IMG/VR virus record: IMGVR_UViG_3300025889_000087
Coordinates: 1-64,000 of that record
Direction: 5' to 3' (one strand)
DNA: 64,000 nt
Source: a virus
Both the position numbers and the translations under genes were made by a program. Below the pieces are notes generated by a model. The model saw only the letters and a list, made by a program, of their open reading frames with translations, made no database searches and had not been told where the DNA came from. The stretch's first letter is position 1; each line of letters opens with the position of its first letter. Shown here piece after piece: positions 1-9,163 of this stretch.

Positions 1-610
1 TGTGGTCGCTTTCAGCAGACACGTCAGTGAAGGTCGAGGCCTCCGCGAAGGAAGACGACGTGATGCGGTCGAGCGACTCAAAGTCGTTCCCTGCGGGGGT
101 GTCGATGTCCTGAAGGAGCATCCGGTTGATGTGCTCGGTGTGGTGCTTTGCCATCTCCATCTTCATGACGGCGCGAGCATCACCGAGGCCGTCGTCCTTG
201 TCCGCGAGGAACATGGCCGTCTCCGTCAGGTCGAAGGTGTGGGCCACGGTCTTGGGCTTGGTGCTGACTTCCGCGAAGGTCGGCTTGCTCGTCTCGGGGA
301 GGGTGGCGTTCTCAGGAACACCGCCGCCCTTCGTGAAGTCGGGCTTGGCGGTGGTGACGCGCCATCCGCTCTTCTCCCAAGGCTTCTTGGGGAGGATGGA
401 GAAGGCGTTGAACTCTTGGTTCAGTTGGGACCACACCTTGCGGCCAAAGATGGCCTGATAGGTGCCGGAAGTGGACGACGCGAGGGGCGAGTCTGCCTTG
501 AGCAGATCGGTCCCTGCGTAGGCCCAAGCGTTCTGCCCGGAGCCTGCCCCGTAGTAGAGGCGTTCCATGTCTTCAATCGTTCGGATGTAGCCAGTGCTTC
601 CACTCATCAT
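1..610 (-). CDS. Major capsid protein (HK97-fold), 5' part; runs off the window
   Basis: Manual translation from ATG at 610 (GAGGTGA SD upstream): MMSGSTGYIRTIEDMERLYYGAG...TDLLKADSP...FGRKVWSQLNQEFNAFSILPKKPWEKSGWRV...GGVPENATLPET...KPKTVAHTFD. It lies directly downstream of the prohead protease and resembles archaeal tailed-virus MCPs. Confidence 0.85.
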   Translation of the reverse strand, partial: MMSGSTGYIRTIEDMERLYYGAGSGQNAWAYAGTDLLKADSPLASSTSGTYQAIFGRKVWSQLNQEFNAFSILPKKPWEKSGWRVTTAKPDFTKGGGVPENATLPETSKPTFAEVSTKPKTVAHTFDLTETAMFLADKDDGLGDARAVMKMEMAKHHTEHINRMLLQDIDTPAGNDFESLDRITSSSFAEASTFTDVSAESDH

Positions 611-623
611 ATCACCTCAGTGT

Positions 624-1988
624 TCAGATTCCTCCGCGGAGGCTCGACTGTGCGAGATCCTCCAAGGCCCGCCACGCATCCAGTCCGTTGCCGAGGGCAG
701 CAAACTCTTCATGGGTGGGGACGCGGACTTGGCTCTCAGGGACGGCGACCGCCGACTTCACAATTTCCGTGTTCTCCTGCTTGAGCGTGGCGACTTCAGC
801 GCGGAGGGCCGCAATTTGCGACGTGTAGTCGCGGGACTTGTGGACTTCCATGGCGCGGGCCGTCTCAGCCTCGTATCGCTCGGACCACTCCTTCTCAACG
901 AGGGCCTTCACGGCCTCTTCGTCGCGGATGGCAGCGTAGGCGGAGTAGCCTCGCTCAAGGTTCTTCGGGGAAAGGTCGAGGCCGCCCTTGATGACGGCAC
1001 CGGGACCGGGGGTCGGGTGCTGCATACCGGGGACCTGCGGCTGCTTGATCACGTATTTGTTGGACCGAGCGTTGGGGAGGGAGGGGCGAGGCGCGAGGGT
1101 CGCGTCTTCGCCACTGCCGTAAAGGTCGCCCTGACCGCGGTGGCCGAAGCCGTGCTCGCCGTCCTCGCCAATCATGTAGGCCTTGCCGAGTCCGAAGTGG
1201 TCGCGCAGACCGTCAAGGTCCACGCCCGCTTCGTGAGCGAACTTCTCCAAGGTGTCGATGTAGGCGACGGCTGCCTGCTCGGCAATCTCCGCCTTCTCGG
1301 TCTTGTTGTCCTTGTCGGAGCAGATGTGGCAACCCTTGCACATCGCGCCCTTGCAGGACATCTTTTCGTCGCTCTTTTCTTCCATTCCCTTGGAGATGCG
1401 TGCGAGGGCATCGCGGATCTCAGTCAGGGTGTTCGTTTGTTCGCTCGTCATGTCTTGTTCACCATCCATTTTCAACAGGGTGTATCGGCTTTCGGGGTTG
1501 ATCCCCTTTTTGCACAGGGTGATTTCATGGAGTTCCATGTTGGTAATCTCCCTGTGCGCTCCGTGTTCGGGGGTGCTCTTGTTCACGCGGAACAGGGCTT
1601 GGCCCCCGATGGAGAATGCCCGCAGTTCGCCACTGCGGATTTGGTTTTGCACTTCGCGTGCCTTCTCGATGTCGTCGCGGATGCGGCAAACGACAAAGAG
1701 GCCGTGGTCGTCCACTTCGGACTTCCACACACGTCCTTCACTATCCGTGTAGGAGGGGAGGACTTCGCCAACCTGAATACCACTGTGCGCCAATTGCACG
1801 TTGCGGTAGGAGGGGTTTTCCATGAAGCCGCCGAACGCCTTCTTGAGAGCAGACACAGGGATTCGGTCGCCCTGCTTGTCCACCATGTCCACGGAGGCGT
1901 AGCCCGCGATCACCATGCCGCCATCGGCGGAAACAGACTTCAGAATGAAGTCCGCTCCAGTGGCGGTCCATGTCGCGGCGGTTGCCAT
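624..1988 (-). CDS. Prohead (capsid maturation) protease with C-terminal scaffold-like coiled region
   Basis: IAGYASVDMVDKQGDRI, QLAHS, LRAFSIGG and LHEITL motifs typical of HK97-type prohead proteases; immediately upstream of the MCP. Confidence 0.9.
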   Translation of the reverse strand: MATAATWTATGADFILKSVSADGGMVIAGYASVDMVDKQGDRIPVSALKKAFGGFMENPSYRNVQLAHSGIQVGEVLPSYTDSEGRVWKSEVDDHGLFVVCRIRDDIEKAREVQNQIRSGELRAFSIGGQALFRVNKSTPEHGAHREITNMELHEITLCKKGINPESRYTLLKMDGEQDMTSEQTNTLTEIRDALARISKGMEEKSDEKMSCKGAMCKGCHICSDKDNKTEKAEIAEQAAVAYIDTLEKFAHEAGVDLDGLRDHFGLGKAYMIGEDGEHGFGHRGQGDLYGSGEDATLAPRPSLPNARSNKYVIKQPQVPGMQHPTPGPGAVIKGGLDLSPKNLERGYSAYAAIRDEEAVKALVEKEWSERYEAETARAMEVHKSRDYTSQIAALRAEVATLKQENTEIVKSAVAVPESQVRVPTHEEFAALGNGLDAWRALEDLAQSSLRGGI

Positions 1989-2013
1989 CAAAACACTTCA
2001 CTTCGTGAAATGG

Positions 2014-2020
2014 TATTTAA
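2014..2020 (-). promoter_or_regulatory. Candidate archaeal TATA box (TTAAATA) for protease/MCP transcription
   Basis: TTAAATA lies 25 nt upstream of the protease ATG, the usual archaeal spacing for a leaderless transcript. Confidence 0.5.
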
Positions 2021-5000
2021 CCGTTTATGGGCAAGTCGGGGGCTTCGTCGGCGTCCTGTTCGACCACGACTTCGCCCTCGTCCTTCATTTCTGCTCGCGT
2101 TTTGCGGGGAAAGCGCAGGGTAGCCCGTGCGCCCTCAACCTCAAGTTCACCTTCGATTTCCTCACCGACTCCATCCTTTGTGCTGATTCGCACATGGTTA
2201 GGCATTTCCGGCATTTCACCCGTGTTCAATTCCGCAGGGTCGAACATGGGAATACCCTCGTCGTCTGTAAGCGTGGTGGGACCACGAGGCGCGGTTAGCA
2301 TATCCATGAGGCCATTCCAACCACCACCAGTGATTGAGCCACTAATAGCAGCGAGCGTTGTCCCCGCCTTTGTTTCGACCGTATCATCGTCAATTGCTTC
2401 ATTGACGGTCCAACGCCCATCCTCAGTGCGCTCAAGGCCATATTCCTCAGCGTAGCGATCGAGCATTTGCGACGTGAGACCTTCGATTTTTTCAGTCAAT
2501 TCCTCCGTGCTCAGTGCCTTATCTTCCGCGCTGATGTGGCGTTTTGCGTGGACAAGGGCAACCGCCGTCGGATCTTCTTCACCATCGGGCTCAAGCAACG
2601 AAGCGCGTCTGAACAGGAAGGTATCGGCAGTGCGGAGAAGCGGTGGGTATGGACTGGCCTCGGCCATTCCCTTCTCAATCAGATTCACCGCCACCGGACC
2701 CCACAACCAAGCCTGCTTCCACGCATGGCGGGACAGGGGGCCTTCGGGTTCAATGCTCACAATATCGAGCCCCACCCCGTCCCATTCGCCCTTCACCAAA
2801 AGAGGCACGTTGTGTCCGGGGTATTCCAAAGCGACGTGAGTTCCACGATTCACCACAAAAGGCAGGGTTGTTCCTTTGGTGATGCCGTGGGTGTCGTCGG
2901 GAGCATAAAGCGTCCAAAGATGGTGCGCTTCTTTCCCCTTAGCAAATGTGGACTTCGCATCACGAATCCACATGTCCCCTTTGATTGTGGAGGCAACGTC
3001 CTTCAGTCCTTCATCATCCGTGAACTTGGTGTCAAGAGGCATGGGAAATGAAAGGGCGTCGTTGGTCGAATACATTGTCCGCAAGATTTGCAGCCGATCC
3101 TCCAACGGCTCCATGTGAATGTCGTCGCCCTTGTGGACGAGCAAATCGAAAGCACGAAGGTGCTTTCCTTGAAGCACTGCGTCAAAGGTGCAATCTCCCA
3201 TTTGCTCACAGACGGCCTCTTTGATTACGTCGGACAATTTCACTTCCTTTCCTTTCGCATCCTTTGCTATGACCTTGGAGCCTTTGCGCTCAACAATGAC
3301 GCGCTTTCCTTCCGGCTTCTTTTGGATGACCCATTGTCCACTAAAGCCACGCAATTCCTTGAGGTCATCCAGTTTGTAAATGGTGTGAGCAGGCACAATT
3401 GCCGTTTCAAACACACCTGTCGGTTCGTAATCATCGGCCTTCCAAATGTCCCCGCTGATAACTGGTGGGTGTCCCATGACGTTAGTGACAAACATGGCGG
3501 GCGCATCCCGCTCTTTCGGCGCAATAGGGCGTTGTGCGTGTGTAGGATCGACCGCGCCCAAATGCCCACCGTGAACGGTTTTCTGAATGGTCGTGAATGG
3601 TTGCTTCTTCACATCAAAGCGAATGCCGTTCGCATCCCTGTCCCACTTCCATGCGAGGGTAGCAGGCATTTCATGCCCCCAAGCGTCCATGTCGCCGGAC
3701 AAATAGACGGGTGGAGCAGTGGCTTCTGAATCAGGGTGAATTGGACCAATGTTGGCCTGTTGCGGCGCAATACCCCCGCCCACCATCATAGGGGCGAACG
3801 TCGTTGTGTTTGGGTTGTTGCCTCGCATCAATTGGTAATTCGCCGCTTGGGCCAATTGCTGCATGTTGCCTCGGTTAATCGTGTTCGCCATCAAATTGGA
3901 CGGCATGGTGTTGAACACATCCCCCCCATAACGCTCCATAATGCTGCGAGCCATTTCCTGCATAACGGTGCCGAGGTGCCCGTCCATTTGCGAGAAATGA
4001 GCGTTGTGGTAGTCGTGAAATGCTTCGTCACCGGGGTGTCGCTCGCGGGTGGGACCAATGCGTGGTGCGCCCATGTCGGTGTGAGCCGACACAATGCGCC
4101 CGAGAGGCTGCTGCGTAAGGGCCATGGACGGGATAACCATTCGCCCTTCGGACCCCCTCACTTCGCTCGGGTGCATATGCTGCCCGTGCGCAACGGTGGA
4201 CCAAAGACCACGGCGACGATTGAACGAGCGCACTCGCGGGTGCTCGGAACCTGCTTCCCACCCCGTCGCAATAGCGGGGCGGTGTGGGTGCATTTGCAGG
4301 TCAGGGTGATTTGCGGTTTTGGGGAAGAATGACGAGCCGCTGCCGTGGTATGAATCCTCAGCGTCACTGAGAGGGTGCTCCCTGCTCACCATGAACGACA
4401 TGAGTTCATCACCAAGCCAACCACGGAATGCGGCAGGGTATGAATCAACCATTATCTGACGCAGGGAATTGGCGTCACGTCCAACCCCGCCCCACCACTG
4501 GTATGGCTCCCACCAATGGTGTGTGTGCGAGGGGATGATGGCTCCCTCGTCATTGACGTATGGGGACTTGAAATGATGCAGGCCCTCCATAGGGTCAGGT
4601 GAAATTGGGCCGTGCCGATCCGAGGGACGTTCCCACCAACGAGCGAGAGGCATTGTCCGCTCAAACCAATTCCGCTTCGCCCTATCCCACGAAATGCCCG
4701 CACCGGCCTTCATGGCATTCATCAAGCGGCGTGCTTCGGGTGAGTCCCCGCCCTCCGCGCTTCCCATCTCCTTGAGAATGTCCATGAAGGCCATGCGCTG
4801 CTCAGGCGTCTGCCATTCAAGCCCGAACAAATAGGACAGGAGGCCGAGCCGACTCATGCTCTTCACAACACCTTTTTCCTTCTCAATGGACGCGCCCCAT
4901 TCTCGCATTTTGCGCTCACGGTATTCGTCGTCGCTCAGGAAATTATGCCTGTCCCTGTCCGTCATGTATAAATCGAGAAGGGACTCGGATGGGCGACCGA

Positions 5001-5517
5001 GAAGTTCTTCCATCTCACGAGGAACGACACCACGCCGCTCCATTTCCTGCATAGTGTTCAGAAGCATGTGCCCGTCTTCGTCCTCGTTGATGAGATAGAG
5101 CAAATGCTCCACGAAGTGGGGCTCGCCCCACTGCGCACCTTGGAGAAGGGGCATGGTGGCGTTTTCCCACGAAAGAGGGTGTCGCTTTCCGAATGGGTTT
5201 TCGTCGTGGGCCTGCGGCCAATCTTCTGCGTAGTTCGTAGTGAACCGCCGCTGACCCGCGATGTAGTCGTCATAGCCTCCCACGGGCAGGTTGAGATTGC
5301 TGACAATGGATGGTTTGTCGAGATCCTGCATTCGGTATGGCCCCTGCTCCATGGCGGGGAACATTCCCATGAGCATAGCGTCCTGCTTCTCGACGGCCCG
5401 ACCGTCGGCATAGAATGCCGCTGCGGCCTTCAGAAAGTCTGAGGGGTCAAAATCCACTTTAGTGTGAAATGCAACGAGGGAATCAGTGCGGATTCGCACG
5501 AACTCATCGCGGTTCAT
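2017..5517 (-). CDS. Large head-module protein containing a degenerate ATP-dependent ligase/nucleotidyltransferase domain
   Basis: WVIQKKPEGKRVIV (motif I-like), TFDAVL, RAFDLL..KGDD...PLEDRLQIL; lies between portal and protease. Start set at MNRDEF. Confidence 0.6.
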   Translation of the reverse strand: MNRDEFVRIRTDSLVAFHTKVDFDPSDFLKAAAAFYADGRAVEKQDAMLMGMFPAMEQGPYRMQDLDKPSIVSNLNLPVGGYDDYIAGQRRFTTNYAEDWPQAHDENPFGKRHPLSWENATMPLLQGAQWGEPHFVEHLLYLINEDEDGHMLLNTMQEMERRGVVPREMEELLGRPSESLLDLYMTDRDRHNFLSDDEYRERKMREWGASIEKEKGVVKSMSRLGLLSYLFGLEWQTPEQRMAFMDILKEMGSAEGGDSPEARRLMNAMKAGAGISWDRAKRNWFERTMPLARWWERPSDRHGPISPDPMEGLHHFKSPYVNDEGAIIPSHTHHWWEPYQWWGGVGRDANSLRQIMVDSYPAAFRGWLGDELMSFMVSREHPLSDAEDSYHGSGSSFFPKTANHPDLQMHPHRPAIATGWEAGSEHPRVRSFNRRRGLWSTVAHGQHMHPSEVRGSEGRMVIPSMALTQQPLGRIVSAHTDMGAPRIGPTRERHPGDEAFHDYHNAHFSQMDGHLGTVMQEMARSIMERYGGDVFNTMPSNLMANTINRGNMQQLAQAANYQLMRGNNPNTTTFAPMMVGGGIAPQQANIGPIHPDSEATAPPVYLSGDMDAWGHEMPATLAWKWDRDANGIRFDVKKQPFTTIQKTVHGGHLGAVDPTHAQRPIAPKERDAPAMFVTNVMGHPPVISGDIWKADDYEPTGVFETAIVPAHTIYKLDDLKELRGFSGQWVIQKKPEGKRVIVERKGSKVIAKDAKGKEVKLSDVIKEAVCEQMGDCTFDAVLQGKHLRAFDLLVHKGDDIHMEPLEDRLQILRTMYSTNDALSFPMPLDTKFTDDEGLKDVASTIKGDMWIRDAKSTFAKGKEAHHLWTLYAPDDTHGITKGTTLPFVVNRGTHVALEYPGHNVPLLVKGEWDGVGLDIVSIEPEGPLSRHAWKQAWLWGPVAVNLIEKGMAEASPYPPLLRTADTFLFRRASLLEPDGEEDPTAVALVHAKRHISAEDKALSTEELTEKIEGLTSQMLDRYAEEYGLERTEDGRWTVNEAIDDDTVETKAGTTLAAISGSITGGGWNGLMDMLTAPRGPTTLTDDEGIPMFDPAELNTGEMPEMPNHVRISTKDGVGEEIEGELEVEGARATLRFPRKTRAEMKDEGEVVVEQDADEAPDLPING

Positions 5518-5530
5518 TTCATCGCCCCCG

Positions 5531-6001
5531 TCAGGCTTGGGTAGCGATTTTCTCCACGAGGTCAGCAATTTCGCTCAGCAGGCCGGAATCACCACCGCTC
5601 TTGTTGAGCGTGGTAAGCAATTCTTCCACTGGCGCGATGTTCCAATTCCCGTCTTTCCTGTCGCCACCGTCGCTCAATTGCATGTGAAGGCCCGTGCCCG
5701 TCTCATCATAGCCAGTCTTGGCGAAGGCGAAAATCTTCGCCTTCTCGCTGATAGGAGAGCGTTCGGGTGCTACGTCAGTGAAGGCGGGAATCATACCGTT
5801 GGTCTGAAATGGGTGTGCTTCCACAGGCGTGCCGCCCGAATGATCCATGAATTGCGGAGATGCGTTTTCAACCGAACTCTCCTGTTGGTATTTCATCACG
5901 CTATCCCTCCCAAGGACCGCTTCTTCAAGGCTCTTCACAATAGCGAGAAGTTCACCTTCGGGCGTGTTGCTTGGTTCGTGCCAACGGGGTTGCATGTTCA
6001 A
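5531..6001 (-). CDS. Hypothetical head-module protein
   Basis: 156-aa ORF in a tightly packed operon; several h-h-K-(S/T/Y) sites. Confidence 0.6.
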   Translation of the reverse strand: MNMQPRWHEPSNTPEGELLAIVKSLEEAVLGRDSVMKYQQESSVENASPQFMDHSGGTPVEAHPFQTNGMIPAFTDVAPERSPISEKAKIFAFAKTGYDETGTGLHMQLSDGGDRKDGNWNIAPVEELLTTLNKSGGDSGLLSEIADLVEKIATQA

Positions 6002-6370
6002 TCACCTGTAATTGCGACTTGACGGGCTAATTTTTGTGGGCATAGACGCTTCCGCTTCCTGCCATTCGCGGAGTCGTTCGTCGTGACTCTTGGAGATGAG
6101 AGCACCGTCGCCACTGTTGAATGCTGAGGTAAATGCCGGTCCGTCTGAAAAGTCGCGCTGAAGCGGGTCAAAGGTTTCTTCAGCAAGCGGGGTCATAGCC
6201 CGAAGCCAACCTGCCTTTTGCATAAGAGTAGCCGGATCGTCCATAGCCTTGACGAGCACCGCTTCGCGTCTTTCAAGGGATTCAATGCGAGAATTGAGGC
6301 GACGGATTTCGTCGGTCAATTCCTTGAGCAGTTCAGTCGTAGCCTCACCGACGCTCAATTCTTCAGTCAC
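6002..6370 (-). CDS. Hypothetical coiled-coil protein
   Basis: LLKELTDEIRRLNSRIESLE heptads; abuts its neighbours. Confidence 0.6.
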   Translation of the reverse strand: MTEELSVGEATTELLKELTDEIRRLNSRIESLERREAVLVKAMDDPATLMQKAGWLRAMTPLAEETFDPLQRDFSDGPAFTSAFNSGDGALISKSHDERLREWQEAEASMPTKISPSSRNYR

Positions 6371-6371
6371 T

Positions 6372-6941
6372 TCACATGCCCCCCATCATAGGTCCCGGCA
6401 TTGGCATAGCCCCCGGAGGCATACCTGCCGGTCCGGGCGCGGGCATGTTCGACAGGGAACCGGGACCGGGCATACCGGGCATACCGCCGCCCATTTCCAT
6501 TCCGGGCATGTGCTGCACCATTGGTGCATCTCGCAGGCGAATGACTTCGCACATGTTGCGCAGATCCTCGACCCGCTGACGCAGGGCCATGAGCGACTGA
6601 GCGTGGCCGAGAACCGTTTCGCCGTCGAGGTCCTCAGTGTAGCGGGATTGACCGATGGTTCCGATGTGCGCGGTGAGGTCGGTGGCAATATCTGTAAGCC
6701 GCTGCTCAACGTCAGCCAACGCTTCCTTGGACGAACCGTAGACCTTCCCTGATTGCATCAAAGCATCCATGTCCGCGGGTGAGGGACCGGCTGCGGGGGG
6801 AGGTGAAGGGGGGGCCGGAGGGGTGACTTGACCGGGCAGGGAGGCTAACTGTCCCGTCCCCTGATCGTCAGCCTTGCGAATGTCGGACATAATGGCGAGG
6901 GTCCTCATGCGGTCCGCAATAGAGGGGCTCCCACGATACAC
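6372..6941 (-). CDS. Hypothetical Pro/Gly/Met-rich coiled-coil protein
   Basis: 189-aa ORF in the operon; GMPG repeats at the C-terminus. Confidence 0.6.
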   Translation of the reverse strand: MYRGSPSIADRMRTLAIMSDIRKADDQGTGQLASLPGQVTPPAPPSPPPAAGPSPADMDALMQSGKVYGSSKEALADVEQRLTDIATDLTAHIGTIGQSRYTEDLDGETVLGHAQSLMALRQRVEDLRNMCEVIRLRDAPMVQHMPGMEMGGGMPGMPGPGSLSNMPAPGPAGMPPGAMPMPGPMMGGM

Positions 6942-6947
6942 CGTAAA

Positions 6948-7319
6948 TCACTCCCGCTGAGGTCGCCAAAAGGTCGTGGAGCGACCGAGGCGGGACACGC
7001 CGAGAACGGTCGCGCCTTCGGTGCCGTCATAATCGCTGACGGTGTTCTTGTGAACCGCCACGTTGCCGAGAACCTGTCCGTCGCCAAGCACCCCATCGTC
7101 GCTCTTGGAGATGGCCGCCGTGGCCGCAAATGACTTTGCGAGGCTGAGGTCTCCTTCAAGCACCGACAGGGCGTTCTTCGCTGCCTCAAGGTGCTTTGCT
7201 ACGTCGTCCATGTTGTTGTGCGCAATTGCTTGCTGCATGGCCTCCATGCTCGCAACGGCACGACGCGCCATGGGGTCCATCTTCTGAATCAAGCCGAAGT
7301 CAAGGAAGCCTTCTGTCAT
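6948..7319 (-). CDS. Hypothetical head-module protein
   Basis: ORF downstream of the portal; start set at MTEGF. Confidence 0.55.
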   Translation of the reverse strand: MTEGFLDFGLIQKMDPMARRAVASMEAMQQAIAHNNMDDVAKHLEAAKNALSVLEGDLSLAKSFAATAAISKSDDGVLGDGQVLGNVAVHKNTVSDYDGTEGATVLGVSRLGRSTTFWRPQRE

Positions 7320-7366
7320 CTCAACCAATCCTTGGGAAGCCACTATTGCACATGAAGGTTCCGTCT

Positions 7367-9163
7367 TCAAAAGCCCATTCTACGGTCCATATTATTCAAA
7401 CGCTCGTCCACGTTGCGTTCTTCGGGGGACTTTTCGGAATCACGCCGATCCTGCACCGTTTGACTCATGTGATGTTCACCCTCAAAGCGGTTCACGCGGT
7501 CAGGTGATTGGCCCGCACTACGGCGGCTATTGAGCCCCAATTGGGCATATCCCTGACGACGCAGGGGCGTAAGGTCTGTTCCGTTCGTGGTCGTCAGTGC
7601 TTCGGGAACCGGCACTGCGCCGTGGACGGCATCAGTCACAATGCGCTTTACGAGGTCGTCTGCCGTAAGCACGGGGAGCCAATCGCTCGTTTGCACTGGT
7701 CCACCGCCCGGTGGCGCAGGACCGCCTTCAGGACCCGGCCCCATTTGGGGAGGTGGGGGAGGTGCCTCCTTGTAGTCGAATTGGAGGTAGCCATCATCGT
7801 CACGCAGCCGCGCGTCATAGCCCGCCTGCTTCATTTGCAGCATATTGCGAATCGCCATTTCGTCGCGGCGCATCTGCATGATGTCGTCCTCTTCCTCGTG
7901 CGGCTTCAGGGTCATTTCCCATTCATCAATTTGAAATGCGGCGAGAAGAAGAGGGAACAGACGCCCGTTGTAGACGTTCTGACTGGCTGCAAGAGCGCGG
8001 TTTGTGACGACAATTTGCATACCCTCGTTGTTCAGGCCACCGCCGCTCACGTCGTTCATGAAGACGTTCGACACACCGTAAAAGGACGAGATGCGCTGCC
8101 GAATGTCGTCCTTAATTGGGATGTATTGCAGTTCCTCCAACGTGTCCATCATGCGAACGTATTCCAAACCACCGCGACCGCTCTCCGTTTCGACACCAAC
8201 TGTGGGGATGTATTGTGGGTCGCGCTCCAAATGCTCCTGAATGTTGCGAGCCGTGCGCTCGACCGTTTCAAGGTTGGACGACTTGATAACCATAACACCG
8301 CGAGGCATACGTCGCTTCTGATACGCCGCATACACATAATTGTCCATGGCGATTAGCGTGTTCACCTGACGCCACAGGGTCGCCACAGGCGAACGCCCAT
8401 ACAGTTTAGACGGCGACCATTTGCTCAAATGAATGACTTCGCCCTCGGTGTAGACCTGACCCGAACCAACACCTGCGAGATTCATGTAGTGGATAGGGAC
8501 GACGGGGAGACCAGTCTTCGGGCACTTCTCGTCCTTGTCGCTTGTGCGGAACGACCTATCGAGCAGACTCGTGTATTGCTTTCCACCCTTGACGCCACGC
8601 TTGTCCGCAACAATGCGCATGAAGATGGGGTCAGCGCGGGTAATTTCCTTGATGCGGTAGAACTGCGGCTTCCCCGTGTTCGGATCGACGAAGTATTCCT
8701 TGGTGAGAATGATGTATGCGTCGTCCACAATGTTGAGGTCCATTTCCACTTCGCGCATGACTTCAAGGAAAGACTGACCCATTCTGTTGTCTTCATTGAG
8801 CAGGGCATTGGCGTATTCCAATTGCCCATCATCGGCTCCACGCACTTCACCACCACACTTCATGCAATTGTCCACGTCACGCTTGTGCTCATTCTCACAT
8901 TCACGACACTTCTTGACGAACTTCGCTCGCCACTGCCAACCTTTCCTGAACGTCTCCGTTGCCAAGTGGTTGAGAATCGAGCGCAGAACGAGGCATTCGT
9001 ATGAAGCCGCATAAAGTGCGGGAATGGTGATGCCCTGAAGCAACGCCGGTTCCTGCACACCAGTGGTGAACAGGGGCATTTGCGGAGTCGGCGTTTCGTG
9101 CCGCTCCATGTCTACGCCAATTGCGGCAAAGAGACGATCAACCCGCTTCTTCTCATTCACCAT
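7367..9163 (-). CDS. Portal protein (with inserted Zn ribbons)
   Basis: DLNIVDDAYI, YGRSPV, MPRGVM and IRQRISSFYGV motifs of HK97-family portals; lies between terminase and protease; CRECE..CMKCG insertion. Confidence 0.88.
   Translation of the reverse strand: MVNEKKRVDRLFAAIGVDMERHETPTPQMPLFTTGVQEPALLQGITIPALYAASYECLVLRSILNHLATETFRKGWQWRAKFVKKCRECENEHKRDVDNCMKCGGEVRGADDGQLEYANALLNEDNRMGQSFLEVMREVEMDLNIVDDAYIILTKEYFVDPNTGKPQFYRIKEITRADPIFMRIVADKRGVKGGKQYTSLLDRSFRTSDKDEKCPKTGLPVVPIHYMNLAGVGSGQVYTEGEVIHLSKWSPSKLYGRSPVATLWRQVNTLIAMDNYVYAAYQKRRMPRGVMVIKSSNLETVERTARNIQEHLERDPQYIPTVGVETESGRGGLEYVRMMDTLEELQYIPIKDDIRQRISSFYGVSNVFMNDVSGGGLNNEGMQIVVTNRALAASQNVYNGRLFPLLLAAFQIDEWEMTLKPHEEEDDIMQMRRDEMAIRNMLQMKQAGYDARLRDDDGYLQFDYKEAPPPPPQMGPGPEGGPAPPGGGPVQTSDWLPVLTADDLVKRIVTDAVHGAVPVPEALTTTNGTDLTPLRRQGYAQLGLNSRRSAGQSPDRVNRFEGEHHMSQTVQDRRDSEKSPEERNVDERLNNMDRRMGF

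Noticed and set aside
2-2123. Long plus-strand ORFs 2-784 and 594-2123
   Set aside because: Antisense shadows of the MCP and protease genes.
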